Source of the DNA: the human T2T-CHM13v2.0 reference genome, Homo sapiens
NCBI RefSeq assembly: GCF_009914755.1
Contig: NC_060929.1
Strand: one strand, 5' to 3'
DNA length: 64,000 nucleotides
The notes beneath the pieces were generated by a model. That model did no database searches. It was not told the origin of the DNA and was given only the letters and a program-made list of their open reading frames with translations. Position numbers and translations under genes: made by a program. Of this stretch, positions 13,881-28,368 are shown one piece after another (the first letter of the stretch is position 1; each line of letters begins with the position of its first letter).

Positions 13881-15989
13881 GTAAATGCCTTCTCCTGAAA
13901 GAGTTTTAAGTAAATATTCAATGTGAGATGACTACTTTAAAAAAACTCTCTCGTCTATTTACTAGCTTTACTTATTTTTAATGTAGAATCTTTTAATTAG
14001 TAACAATTAAATGTATCAATTATAGGATTATCTTTTAGTTTTTTATGAAGCACTACATTTTAATATCAAAAAGTAGAACTCAAAAGGACTTTAGAGATGA
14101 ACATATAATATATCCTATACTTTTCTTGAATTGTAAAGTGTTCCTCATGGGATACTGTTCACTTTACTGGAATAGAAATGACACAGATAATTCCAGATAC
14201 CCTGAAACTGAATACTGTGAGCTCAAAGCCTTAATTTAGTCCACCTCTGTGAAAGCATCATAGATATCTCTTGGACTAGAAGCATCCTCATCTTCTCTTT
14301 CTTTTTCCCATCTAAAATCATTTTGGAGGTTAAAATTAGCTGCAGAATAGGAAGAAGAGTAAAGATTTATACGTTCGAATTTTGTTCTCAGTATTCAAAT
14401 CCCTTAAGTCTGGAACTTTTCAGAGGCTCATAAACATTCCCAACCATCAAATCCTTGGCTCTTTTTGTCTGCCAGTTCTTTACAGGAACAAAATGAGGGT
14501 GACTGTTTCATGTACTTTCTTACTTCCCTTAGGCAGAGATCTGTGGTGTTTGCAAGTATGGTGAGGAAAATGAATGAATTCTGTTACATAAGTAGGATCT
14601 GAAAGTCATAGCTAATATTCAGAAAAAAATTAAAAGTTTTCCTAGGAAAAATTTTTAGACATGGAATCCAGACATCTCAGGGTATTTACTGATCTAAGAA
14701 ATATTTCCAGTTAGAATCTGAGGAAATATAAATTTATTGAAAAATTTTCAGTGTAAGGACTTTAAAATTTGACTTGCAGATTTTAATTGTCAATGTAGCT
14801 TGTATCAAGATATCAATTCTAAAATTGATTATGATACTTGAGGCCAGATTAGATATGTGCATGGTGACAATAAATCACATTTGTAGAGACCAGAGGATGT
14901 CTATATCATCGATTGCCTAGGATGTTCGGATTCAGAAAAATATTATAATATATTTCTATTTAGAATATATTTTTATCTCAAATTAATCTGTTACTTCTGT
15001 TTTCTTTTGTAAAAAGTCATGATGTCAGTCTGTACAAGAATCATCATCAAAAGCAGTTGAGTCTCTCTCCACGTCACAGTATTCCATGTCCACAAAATCA
15101 AGCCAGTTTAAATAAGACATATCCCTCTTCTCTATTACAAACACTGTAGATATAAAGGAGAAAAAGTCAGCTGAACAAAAAGTGTAGCATTACGAACAAG
15201 CAAAAGAAAAGCTTCTGTATTGGGAAATGATAAAAACGACAGCTATAGTTTGGATTTAGTCCATTTAAGGAGATTGCTTTGTACGAGTTATACTGAAAAT
15301 CTGCACTGTGTAACTTTTGAATAATTGTTAAGTTCCAGCTGTTCTAATTACTCATGTACTCTGATGACACAAAGCAGGCTCTGTATGCCATTATGCATAG
15401 AGAAAAGGTTTCTAGAAAATTCTGAATTATATAGGTTAATAAAGGATAAATACAGAGTTCATGTTTGGCAAATGTTGTGCATAAAGTTTCTGAGATATAT
15501 ATATATATATATATATAGTAGGCATGATTGTTACATGTAAATGTTGACCTACTTGGGCCAAGAACTTGCATGTAAGGAGTGCTAAGCTATCATCAGCTAA
15601 ATGATTTACTGAGCTTACCTATTTTCAGATGCTTTTTGAGGGCTCAGAATTTTAAAAATCATTTAAAAATTAGGAATCTGTGAAATAAAATATTTATTTA
15701 CGGGTACTGACATGTCCAATTGTAGCCTTTCTCTTCTTACTTCAGGCTGTTACAGTAACAAATTAATAACATGGTCCAAATTTTGATAATGTTGCAGTAT
15801 TTGACTCTGGAAAATGAGATTATTAAGTTTGCTTGTCTTCAACTTGGTCTTTGTACTCTCTTAGTGTTTTCAAGGTTTTAGGTAGATTATGTTTATATGT
15901 ATTGCTTACATGAATATTTTTTTCCAAACAGGGATTTTCCTGTTTTAAAATGACTTTGTTGTGTTATTGTACTAGAACATAATGTAAAG

Positions 15990-16560
15990 GAGGGGAAAGC
16001 ACATGAGTTTTAGAGTCAGAGGCCTCAGGTTCAAGGCCCAGCTTTAGTCTCACTCCAGCCTAGGTAATCTTGAGCAATTCATGTAACTTTTGAAACTTAG
16101 CTTTTTTGTTTGTAATATAAGCACAACCAGTCACCTTACAGGAATGTGGAGATAAATGACACAGTTTCTATTCTCAAGAGGTGAAGAATATATTATTTTA
16201 ACAAACTGGTAACTCAGCAATTACACCATAGTGTGATAAGAACTACAATAGACTTAGCATACAAGATCCCAAGCTCCTGAAAATGGACAATTGAGTCTCA
16301 AAGATCAGGTAAAACTTATTAAGACTAGAGGGAGAAAAGGGAACAGAGTCCAGGTTGAGATAATGGACTTCGGGATCAGACTGCCTGTGTTCATATCCCT
16401 ATCTGTCTGTGATCTTGGGAAGTTTACTTTCTCTCTCAAAAGATTCACTTATCATATACAAAATGGGAATAGTGATACTTCAACCTCAAGACTGTCCTCA
16501 GAATTAAGTGACATTATGTATTAAAAGTGAGAAACATGAAGTTTTTAGTGCATGCTGTTA
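15990..16560 (+). mobile_element. Two MIR fragments (about 15990-16160 and 16350-16560) interleaved with L2 relic
   Basis: tttagagtcagaggcctcaggttcaaggcccagc and ggatcagactgcctgtgttcatatcc...gtgatcttgggaagtttac. Confidence 0.55.
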
Positions 16561-17988
16561 CATGTTAATGGGTCAAGAACATTTCAGGCAGAAGGAATAA
16601 CACATGAAAAAGTATAAAGGCATGAGAAGGCATCAAGGGAACAGAAACCAAGTTTCTGTACTTGATAAGACACAGCCCTGGAAAAGTGGTCATGGACCAG
16701 AAACTGAAGGGACTTGAGTGCCCTGGTAAGGACTTTATCTTCAAGTGACATTATCAGTTTGTATTAACATTTTAGTATAAACGCATGAGTATGTCTAAGA
16801 CTCAGTAGGAAAAGAGAAGAGATTTACAGAGCTGAAGACAAAGGTTTAGGCAGGATGTAGAGATCATCTATCTCCATTCTTCGAGCTGACTTAACCAGGC
16901 CACTACTGAACTAGTTCCCATACTCCAACCATAAGTATTGTGGAGATTATTGTCAATCTGTGGAGGGCATTAGAGAGAACACACACTGAGTACTGGTGAA
17001 TAATTCTACATTTCTTCTCTGACTGGAAGTGTACGGTATCAACTGTGTTGTTTTTATACATGCATTTGGATACAACATGGTCTAAAGATTTAGGAGATGA
17101 AGAATGAGCTCTGCATAATTGTACATAATAAAAACATCAAAGAGAGCAACTTAATAAAAAGATTACTTCAATATGCATGATTTTCACAGACAATGGATAA
17201 CTTATATGGCAGAGTCAGCTGTGAAGTTGAGATTCTTTAGAAACCTAGAATCTTCCAGGTAGCCTATTTAAGTGAAAATAAGGACACAGGAAACTGACAG
17301 ATTGGGGCCAACACAGCTGTCACCAGCTGGGACACTGAGGGAAATATACTTTTCTAACTCTCTCTTACCTGATCTATCTACCACTCTTGGTACAGATAAA
17401 AAGCCTCTCATTTTATAAACTATCCCCCTCATTTTATAAACTATCCTCCTTTTACATTTCTTACATCTCCATCTCTGTCTCTTCTATGGGAATGTCTTCT
17501 TCCATCTGTTTACCCCTGAATACAGGCATTTCTCAGGACTTCCCTTTTTTTTCTACTTCCTGTTCCACCTACTTTCCCAGGTTGATATAATCCGAAGCCA
17601 ATGTGGGTTCAGCTTTACATTGATTAATTCCAAAGTGTCTCCATTTCAATTTTTCTCCTGACTTCCATATATATGTAATAGTAACTTCTATTCAGATGTC
17701 ATCAAGCATCTCAGATTTAATAACTCTGAAACTGAACCCATCATCTCTCCTCCCAAAGGCCTCTTCCAATATCCTCGACTATTTATCTAGTCACTTGAAA
17801 ATTAAAAATAAACCCCCCAACCAAAACACAAGTAACAACTAAAAAAAAAAAAAGTATTAATCTAACCTTCTGTCTTTGTTCCTCTAAGTCTGATTGAGTT
17901 TACTCATGATGCTGTCTACCTCCTAATATTTTGCCTGTCATCTCTTTCTACCACTTCTGTGTTATTATTATAATAAGAACATTTATTT

Positions 17989-18157
17989 AGCCAGTCACAG
18001 TGGTGTACCTATAGTCCTAGCTACTTGGGAGCCTGAGGTGGGAGGATCATCTGTGCCCAGGAGTTTGAGGCTGCAGTGAGCCATGATCACACCACTGTAC
18101 TCCAGCTTGGGTGACAGAGTGAGACCCGATCTCATCTCTAAAAGAAAAAAAAAGAAA
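17989..18157 (+). mobile_element. Alu right monomer (FRAM or truncated AluJ)
   Basis: Single arm with J-type positions (gaggatca..., gagtttgaggctgcagtgagccatgatc) and an A tail. Confidence 0.88.
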
Positions 18158-18271
18158 ACACATTTCTATAAAATGTACCATGTGCCAGTTCATGTAGTTA
18201 TGTTACATGTGTTATTTTATTTTTATGTTTTCTATAATCCTTTGAGGTAGATAGTATTTGTATCCTCATTT

Positions 18272-21200
18272 CTTATTTTTTTTAAATTTTTTTGTGGGTA
18301 CATAGTAGGTGTATATATTTGTCAGGCACATGAAATGTCTTCATATAGGCATGCATTGTGAAACAAGCACATGATGGCAAATGGGGTATCCATCCCCTCA
18401 ACCACTTATGCGTTGAGATACAAATAATCTAATTAAATTATTTAAGTTATTTAAAAATATACAATTAAGTTATTATTGACTATAGTTAACCTATTGTGCT
18501 ATCAAATAGTAGGTCTTATTCATTTTTTCTAACTTTTTTGTACCCATTAACCATCCCCACCTCCCCTCAAACTCCTCACTACCTTTCCTAGCCTCTGCTA
18601 ACCATCCTTCTACTGTTTATATCCATGAGTTCAATAGTTTTGATTTTTAGATCCGACAAATAAGTGAGACCATCCCATGTTTGTCTTTTTGTGCCTGGCG
18701 TCTTTCACTTAACATAATGATCTCCAGTTCCATCCATGTTGCTGCAAATGACTGTATCTCATTCTTTTTGTGGCTGAATAATATTTCATTTGTATAAGTA
18801 CCACATTTTCTTTATCAGTTCATCTGCTGATGGACACTTGGATTGCTCCCAAATCTTAGCTATTGTAAACGGTGCTGCAACAAACATAGAAGTGCAGATA
18901 TCTCTTAGATACACTGATTTCCTTTCTTTTGGGTATAAACCCAGCAGTGGGATTGCTGGATCATATGGTAGCTCTCTTTTTAATGTTTGAGGAACCTTCA
19001 AACTGTTCTCCATAGTGGTTTTACTAATTTACATTCCCACTAACAGTGTACAAGGGTTCCCTTTTCTTCACATCCTTGCCAGTATTTGTTGTTGCCTGTC
19101 TTTTGAATAAAAGCCATTTTAACTGGGGTGAGATGATATCTCATTGTAGTTTTGATGTGCATTTCTCTGGTGACCAATGATGTTGAGCACCTTTTCATGT
19201 GCCTATTTGCCATTTGTATGTCTTCTTTTGAGAAATGTCTATTCAAATATTTTGCCTATTTTTTGATTGGATTATGAGATTTTTTCCTACAGAGTTGTTT
19301 GAGCTATTTACATATTCTAGTTATTAAATCTTTGTCAGATGGATAGTTTCCAAATATTTTCTCCCATTCTGTGGGTTGTCTCCACTTTGTTAATTGTATC
19401 CTTTGCCGTGCAGAAGCTTTTTAACTTGATGTGATCCCATTTGTTCATTTTTTGCTTTAGATGCCTGTGCTTGTAGTGTATTACTCAAGAAATCTTTGCT
19501 GAGACCAATGTCCTGGAGATTTTCCCCAAAGTTTTCTTGTAATAGTTTCATAGTTTGAGGTGTTAGATTTAAATCTTTAATCCATTTTGATTTGATTTTT
19601 GTATATGGTGAGAGATAGGGATAAAGTTTCATTCTTTTGCAAATGGATATTCAGTTTTCCCAGTACCATTTATCAACAAGACTATCTTTTCCCCGGTGTA
19701 TGTTCTTGGCACCTTTTTCAAAAATGAGTTCACTGTAGGTATGTGGATTTGTTTCTTTGCTTTCTGTTATATTCCATTGGTCTATGTGCCTGTTTTTATG
19801 CCACTACCATGCTGTTTTGGTTACTGTAGCTCTGTAGTACAATTTGAAGTCAGGTAATTTGATTCCCCCAGTTTTGTTCTTTTTGCCGAGGATAGCTTTG
19901 TCTGTTTGGGGTCTTTTAGTGATTCCATATAAGTTTTAGGACTGTTTTTTTTTTCTAATTCTGTGAAGAATGTCATTGGTGTTTTGATAGGGATTGTATT
20001 GAATCTGTAGATTGCTTTGAGTAGTATGGACATTTTAGCAATATTGATTCTTCCAACCCATGAACATGGAATATCTTTCTACTTTTTGGTATCTTCTTCA
20101 ATTTCCCTCATCAGTGTTTTATAGTTTTCATTATAGAGGTCTTTCACTTCTTTGGTTAATTCTTAGATATTTAATTTTATGTGTGGCTATTGTAAATGGG
20201 GTTATATTTTTAAATTTCTTTTTCACATTGTTCACTGTTGGCATATAGAAATGCTAATGATTTTTGCATGTTGATTTTGTATTCTGCAACTTTACTGAAT
20301 TTATCTGTTTTAATAGTTTTCTTGTGGAGTCATTAGGTTTTTCCAAATATAGGATTACATTATCAGCAAACAAGGATAATTTGACTTCTTCCTTTCCAAT
20401 TTAGATGCCCTTTATATTTTTCTCTTGACTGATTGTTCTAGCTAGGACTTACAGTAATATATTGAATAACAGTGGAGAGAGTGGGCATCCTTGTAGTGTT
20501 ACCGATTTTAGAGAAAAGTCTTTCTGTTTTTCCCCTTTAGTATGATACTAGCTGTAGGCCTGTGGCGTATGATTTTTATTATGTTGATGTATGTTCCTTC
20601 TATCCCCAGTTTTTTGACAGTTTTTATACTGAAGAGATGTTGAATTTTATGAAATGCTTTTTCAGCATCAATTGACATGATCATATGGTTTTCTCCTTCA
20701 TTCTATTTATAAGATGTATCATGTCAACTGATTTGCAAATGTTGAACCATCCTTGCCTCCCAGGGATATTTTCCAACTTGTCATGATGAATGAACTTTCT
20801 AATGTATTGTTGCATTCAGTTTGCTAGTATTTTGTTGAGGATTTTTGCATCAGTATTCATCAGAAATATTAGCCTGTAGTTTTTTTTTTAATTTATGTGT
20901 CTTTTTTTCTTTTCTTTTTTTTTTTTGTATCAGGGTAATACTGGCTTCCTAGAATGACTTTGGAAGTATTCCCTCCTCTTATATATTTTTTGGAATAGTT
21001 TGACTAGGATGGGTATTAGTTCTTCCTTAAATGTTTGACAGAATTCAGCAGTGAAGCCATAGGGTCCTGGACTTGACTTTACGGGAAGACATTTTATTAT
21101 GGCTTCAATCTTGTTACTTGCTATCTGTTCAGATTTTTGATTTCTTCCTGTTTCAATCTTGGTAGGTTGTATATATCTAGGAATTTGTCCATTTCTTCTA

Positions 21201-24200
21201 CATTTTCCAACTTATTGGCATATAGTTGCTTATCGTGGCTACTAATGATCCTTTGAATTTCTGCAGTATTGGTTGTAATGTCTTCTTTTTCATTTCTGAT
21301 TTTATTTGTTTGGACCTTCTCTCTTTTACTCTTAGTCTGGCTAAGGGTTTATCAATTTTGTTTAACTTTTCAAATAAAGCAACCTTCTGTTTTATTGATT
21401 TTTTTTGTATTTTTTATTTCAATTTCATTTATTTCTGCTCTGATCTTTATTATTTCTTTTATTCTAGGTTTAAGTTTGGTTTGTTCTTACTATTCTAGTT
21501 CTTGTTAGGTTTTTTGAGATTTTTCCTTTTTTTTTTTTTTTTTCGATGTAGGCACTTATAAACTTCCCCCTGAGTACTGCTTTGGCTGAATCCCAAAGGT
21601 TTTGGTATGCTTTGTTTCCATTATCTTTGTTTCAAGAAATTTTCCAATTTCCTTCTCACTTTCTTCATTGACCCACTGGTCTTTCAGGAGCATATTGTTT
21701 AATTTCCATGTATTTGCATAATTTCCAAAATTCCCTCTTGTTATCAATTTCTAGTTTTATTCCATTTTGGTTAGAGAAGATGCCTGATATTATATTACTT
21801 CAATTTTTGGAATGGTTTAATGCTTGTTTTATGATGTAGCATATGGTCTTTCCTTGAGAATGATCCACATGCTGAGGAAAAGAATGGTATTCTGCAGCTC
21901 TTGGTTATAATGTTCTGTAAATCTTTATTAGAGTCATTTGGCCTATAGTGCAGATTAAATCTGATATTTCTTGGTTGATTTTCTGTCTGGAAGATGTGCC
22001 CAGTGCTTAAAGTGGGGTGTTGAAGTCTTCAGCTATTATTGTATTGTGGCCTATTCTCTCTCAATAGCTCTAATAATGTTTTCTTTCTTTATATGGGTGC
22101 TCCAGTGTTGGTTGCATATATATATTTAAAATTGTTATATCCTCTTGTTGAATGGACTCCTTTATCATTATATAGTGACCTTCTTTGTCCCTTACAGTTT
22201 TTGTCTTGAAATCTATTTTGTCTGATATAAATATAGCAACTCCTGCTCTTTTTTGGTTTTTATTGGCCTGGCATATCTCTTTCCATTATTTTATTTTCAG
22301 TCTATATGTCTCTTTATAGGTGAAGTGTGTTTCTTGTAGGCAACAGATCAATGGGTCTTATTTTTTCATCTATTTAGCCATTTTATGTCTTTTGATTAGA
22401 TAGTTTAGTTCATTTACATTTAATGTTATTATTGATAAGTAAGGACTTATACTCCTGCCATTTTGTTATTTGTTTTCTGGTTGTTTTGTTGTCGTATCTT
22501 CCTTGTTTCTTTTCTTCCTGTATTCCTCTAGCAAAGGTGATTTTCTCTGATTATATGATTTAGTTTCTTGCTTTTTATTCTCTATGTATTCACCATATGT
22601 TTTTGGGTTTGAGGTTACCATGAGGTTGCAAATACTATCTTATAAACCATTATTTTAACCTGATAACATCTTAACAGTATTTCCACGAACAAATAAGCAA
22701 AAAGAAATCCAACAAAAACTCTCTGCCTTAACTTTGTACCCCAACTTTTTAAACTTTTTTTGTTTCTATTTATATCTTTGTACTGACTATGTCTTGAAAA
22801 GTTTTTATAGTTATTAGTTTTGATTGTGTCATTGTTTAGTCTTTTTACTTAGGACAAAAGTAGTTTGCACACCACAGTAACAGTGTTATAATATTCTGTG
22901 TTTTTCTGTGTACTTACTATTACCAGTGAGTTTTGTACCTTCAGATGATTATGTATTACTCATTAATGTCCTTTTCTTTCTGAATGAAGTACCTCCTTAA
23001 GCATTTTTTGTAGGACAGGTCTGGTATTGCTGAAATCCCTCAGTTTTTGTTTGTCTGGGAAAGTGTTTATTTTTCCTTCATGTTAGAAGGGTATTTTTGC
23101 CAGATATACTATTCAAGGGGAAATTTTTTTTTACTTCAGCACAGTACATGACACGCTACTCTCTCCTGGCTTGTAAGTTTTCCACTGCTGCCAGTGTATT
23201 GGAGCTCAATTGTATGTTTTTTGTTTCTTTTCTCTTGCTGGTTTTAGGATTCTTTCCTTATCCTTAACATTTGAGATTTTGATTATTAAATGCCTTGAGG
23301 TAGTCTTCTTTGAATTAAATCTGCTTGGTGTTCTATAACCTTTTTGTATTTGGATATCGGTATCTTTTTCTAGGTTTGGGAAGTTCTCTGTTATTTCTTT
23401 GTAAAAACTTTCTACCTTTATCTCTTTTTCTACCTCTTCTTTAAGGCCAATAACTCTTATATTTGCCCTTTTGAGGCAATTTTCTAGATCCTGTAGGTTT
23501 GCTTCATTGTTTTTTATTCTTTTTTGTTTTGTCTCTTCTGACTGTGTGTTTTCAAATAGCCTGTCTTCAAGATCACTAATTCTTTCTTTTGTTTGTTCAA
23601 TTCTGCTATTAAAAGACTGTGATTCACTCTTCAATATGCTAATTGCATTTTTCAACTCCAGAATTCCTGCTTGAGTCTTCTTAATTATTTCAAGTTCACT
23701 TGGTGTTCTATCACTCTGTGGCTCTGCTGGTACCTGAAGCCAGTAAGTCTCAAAGGTTCACCCAAAGTCCTCGATGTAGTACCTGGGTGTCACTGCTGGT
23801 TATTCAGCGCTTTTCAGTTAGTAGGTGGCAAATACTGCCAGGACTGGGTTCCTTTCTTCAAGGCAGTGGGTTCCCTTCTGGCCCAGGGGATGTCTGGAAA
23901 TGTCTTTTGGGAGCTAGGACCTGGAATGGAGGCCTCACAACTCTAACTGGCACCCTATCCTGTGTGGTTGTGCTCATATCCTAGATGTAAGACAAAGTCT
24001 TCCGCACGTTTCCCTCTCCCCTCCTCAAGCACAAGGAAGGAGTCTCTTTGGAGCCACCAGCTATGCAGCCTGAGGTTAGGGGAGGGGTGATGCCAGAACT
24101 CCCTTGGCCATCCTAGCTGGTGTCTCAGTATATTGTGTGTACCTCCTAGTCCACTGTCTCTAGCACTTGCCTAAGAGTTGCAGTCCTTATGGCCTAGCCT

Positions 24201-24269
24201 GCCTTTCAAGTTTTCTTGGAGGCTCAGAGTGCTGTAGCCTCAGTATCAAGGTTTATAGGCTGCCCTCCC
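18272..24269 (-). mobile_element. Near full-length decayed L1 (L1MA1/2-like): 3' UTR, ORF2 and ORF1 remnants, part of 5' UTR
   Basis: Minus-strand ORF2 fragments at 18786-21747; ORF1 fragment 23206..23655 (RISDLEDR..NLQDL..NIRVIG..ENFPNL..RHLIIK). Candidate TSD tatcctcattt (18261-18271) / tattctcattt (24270-24280). Confidence 0.93.
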
Positions 24270-24584
24270 TATTCTCATTTTATAGGAAAAAAAAAAAAAG
24301 AGACAGGAAGCGGAAAGATTTTTAAGAAATACACAAGGGATGATGTGATTCCCACTATGCCATTTTGCATACCAGGAGACCCTGGACCCTTGACTCTACA
24401 GCCAATTTATATATTGCTTGGATTACTGCAGTTTATTGCCTTCTCTGTGTCTTCTTGATTTCCGTCTAACCCTCTCATAATCTAGTTTCCAATTTTTCTA
24501 AAAGGTGCATTTTCTGGGATTCTTCACAACTTCAGAGTAAAATTCATACTCTTCAGCTAGGCGCACAACAACCTGAATATGGTA

Positions 24585-24750
24585 AGTAGATTAAGTGCAC
24601 CAAAATCACCTGGAGATCAAAGTTAAAATGAAGATTTCTGGATCCCATCCAGATGCACTAAGTCAGAGTTACTGAGGCCGGGACCCAAGAGAATCAGCAT
24701 TTTAAACATGGACCCCGAAATGTGATTTTTGTGCATATTTAGAGAAACAT
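24585..24750. mobile_element. MER5-like hAT DNA transposon relic
   Basis: aatcacctggag...ttaaaatgaagatttctggatccca...ggacccaagagaatcagcattttaaaca. Confidence 0.6.
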
Positions 24751-26289
24751 CTGAGTTTATAGAGATCTTTCATTTCTATCCCTATGTACCATACTCCTTC
24801 CTGCCTCTAAGTCTCCTGGTTTTCTTCAAAACTTTCTCTTCTTTTCCTTTAACCTTCTCATCCTCCAAGACTTAGTGCCTTAGGGAAGTCCTTCTGAACC
24901 CCCTGGATGCTACTTTCCCTAAGCCTTTCCAAGCTATTGCTTTGTAGTGCTACCATTGCATTTTGTGCATGTGGTGTTACACACTAGGGAGCCTAGTAAA
25001 ATGCTGGATATAAAGTTTCTTCACGTTAATTCCATAAATATTATTTACTGCATGCCATACCCTGGACACATAAATATGAGTAACGTCAGCCTCTAAAGAC
25101 AAAAATATGGGAAGACACAATCTTCTTTGTGAAACCTAAGAGAGTAAGATGACATTTCAATGATAGGAAAGATAAACAATGTTTGTAAACACCTTGAGGA
25201 AGAATTTGTTTCCACTAATTATTATTATTTGGACAATAATTATTCAGAGTCTTACTCTGTTAAGAGTTGAGATAAATACATTTTTTCCACCAGATATTTT
25301 GCTATCCAGTTGTATGTATTTGGACGAGTCATTTCTCTGCCAATTGGAGTAGATACCCATGATTCTGAGATTCATTTACATGATTTCTAATGAGTCTGAA
25401 GTTGTAAAATTGTTGTATTTTATTATCTCATTTTCTAAATCTGCATGGTTTTCTCTTATCTGCTGAAGCTCATCGCTCAGGACCCTAAGTCTCAGCTCTG
25501 AATGAGAGCTCACCTTTTTTCTATCTCCTGTGATGCCAGCTCCATGCCCTAATTTGTCTCTTCTCTGAACTCCATGAGGTTTTCCCAGTGATACTGTGAA
25601 TGAGATGGTCACTGTAGTGATATATTTTATATGCTTATAGCTTTCTATTTTATAGCCTTCTAGAATGGAATCCAGTTTTCTCTTTTACAAAGGAAAACAT
25701 CTTTGAAGGAAGAGATTTTCATGCGGGCTGTGGCATTATTAGATTGCTTAAATATTGCAGTAACAAAATAGTTGCTGTAGGAATTTTCTTGAGTTCTGAC
25801 TATCAAAAAATAGTTTTAATATGACCAGTGATTATTTACTCTAGGTTTTAGTAAATTTTATTTGATAATCAAAATGTAATAGTTTGTTAAAAGCAAAATT
25901 TTTACCGAGAGCACAGAGTATACATCTAGGTGTACCTTTAAACCCATGTAAGTGTGCATGTTCCCATTTAGAGATCAAATAAATATGAAGATTCATTTCC
26001 ATATTAAAAATGTCATCCTAGTAGCTAACATATTTCACATTTAATATATGAATTAGATATTGCAATAAGCAAGTTACATATACATGCTCACATATTCCTA
26101 TTCATATACAATTTTTATCTATACAACAAATAAGTAGAAAAGTAAGTTTTTGTCCCACAGTCCCAAAGCTAGTAAGTAGCAAATCCAAGATTTTTATCTA
26201 TGCATTTTGACCCCAAAGAATTGGTTTAACATCCCCCAGAAATGTTATCTTCCAATGTCCACCTAAGCTCTCTATACTTCGTCTAGCTT

Positions 26290-26580
26290 CTAGCCTATAG
26301 GATGAAGGAAGGAAAGTAGGAGCAAGCAATTTTCTTTAAAGGGTGACCCAAAAGTTTTACATACTAGTTCTGTTCAAATTCCATGTTTTACTACTCAGTC
26401 ACATAATTACACTCAGTTGAACAGTAGACTGAGAAATGTTTCTGGGTGCATAGCCACACATCTAACCAAAAAGCAGTGGTTGAGTGGGGATGTGGTTAAG
26501 GAGTTTTTTATTACTAAAAGTAAGAAAGGGAGAATGAATACTGATAGACAATTAATAGTCTCTACTACAGCATCTCATCC
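26290..26580 (-). mobile_element. Old MaLR (MLT1-type) LTR fragment
   Basis: ctcagtcacataattacactcagttgaacagtagactgagaaatgt resembles MLT1J/K; weak. Confidence 0.4.
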
Positions 26581-26824
26581 AGCAATGAAGACAGGAAGGT
26601 GATAACTGGAAGAAAGTAAGGAAAATGTGGAAAAGTATCTAAGTAGAAGGAGGTGTCTCTTTTTAGTTATTGGATGTATCCATATTAATCTCATTCACTT
26701 GGCAGAAGTTGACACTGGTGAGAAGCTATCACTTGTCACAGTTGGTGAATATGTGCTGGATAATACTCAGATTCTCATTTCCCTTGAAGGCCAATTATAT
26801 ATCCATCTAGAAAGGTGATGTTGA

Positions 26825-26937
26825 AAAAAAATATATATATATATACACACACATATGTATATATGTTAGAATGTAAGTATATACACACACATAATATATA
26901 AACAACATATGTATGCGTAGTTGTATGTGTGTGTGTG

Positions 26938-27008
<71 letters not shown>
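26825..27008. repeat. Compound (TA)n/(CA)n/(TG)n microsatellite
   Basis: Read directly from the sequence. Confidence 0.95.
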
Positions 27009-27011
<3 letters not shown>

Positions 27012-27415
27012 CAGTTTGGTCTTTGGTATTAACTGCTGGTACTGAATCTGGATCCATAAAGTTTACTTTTAACTATAGTGATTCTGATTCAGATGGCTAG
27101 TATTGTTTTTGTCATCTTGCATTGACTTGTTATATGATATAAATAAGGAATATTTGCATTAATTGTTACAACACTTCAGTTAACTTTGTTAACTGATTAT
27201 ACATGATATTTGAGTAAAACTGGATTTATTACATATTTTTAAAATCTCCATCATTGCTAGAAAAAATGAGAAACAGTAACTTATGGGGATAGTCTACATA
27301 AGATTAGTTTCCAGCAACAGTGGTGGGATCCGGTTCTTATTAGATCACAGAGCTGACAGGTGGGCATAGAAGTCATAATACAAAGGAAACAGTAACTCAA
27401 GAATCCAAGAGATAA

Positions 27416-27710
27416 GGCTGGGAACAGTGGCTCACACCTGTTATCCTAGCACTTTGGGAGGCCAAGGCAGGCAGATCATCTGAGGTCAGGAGTTTGAGAC
27501 CAGACTGACCAACATGGCGAAACCCTGTCTCTACAAAAACTACAAAAATTAGCTGGGCATTGTGGTGCATGCCTGTAATCCCAGCCACTTGAGAGGCAGA
27601 GGCAGGAGAATCACGAGAACCCAGAGGCAGAGGTTGAAGTGAGCGGAGATCGCGACACTGCGCTCCAGCCTGGGCGGCAGAGTGAGACTCCATCTCAAAA
27701 AAAAAAAAAA
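27416..27710 (+). mobile_element. AluS full-length
   Basis: Dimeric Alu with A tail; TSD aagaatccaagaga at 27399-27412 and about 27710-27723. Confidence 0.95.
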
Positions 27711-28368
27711 AGAATCCAAGAGAAGATAAATTAATTCTGTAAAAATGAAAATATGTTAGAGGTCAAAGCAAGGTAGGATATGTGGTTAGTAGAATAGGAT
27801 AGAATAGAAGAGAATAATAGAATAGAATAGGCAAGCTAAAACCCAGGTACCTGGTATAAGACTCAAGGAATTTATCAGAAACCATAAAGATAGATTAGAA
27901 CTGTGAGAACACATATCCTGAATTCAAAACACAGTTAGAGACATACAGGGAATCATGACTAATTGAATATACATGTTTCACTCCACTCTTGAAGAGACTT
28001 CACTGAATTTGTATTAAATAGTAAAGAAATATAAAAGGTGCCAGTCAACAGTGCAAGTTGTGGAAAGATGATAGCAGCTTAGAGACATCAACAGAATATG
28101 ATAAATGACAAGGAGAGGGGCAAGTGGTAGCTGATTTAACAATATACCATGGAGATTATTCTTCAACTGTAGAAAATTCTTAAACTTGATTGTACACATG
28201 AATGGCTGCATAATGTGACATGTAAGTTACACCTCAATAAAGCTGTTATAATCGCAAATTTATTATTGAAGCACCATGTGCATACAGGAAATTGCAGAAA
28301 CAGTATGTTCAACTGCTGAAATTTCCCAGTGTGAACATAACCAATAACTACCACTGGGATCAGACTAT

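Noticed and set aside
13697-13909. Stand-alone small protein starting at MGFIQ
   Set aside because: The ATG directly follows a splice acceptor and the frame exits at a GT donor; it is an internal exon.
17404-17446. 21-bp tandem duplication (similar short ones at about 13264, 30240 and 37296)
   Set aside because: Ordinary slippage duplications, mostly in old repeats.
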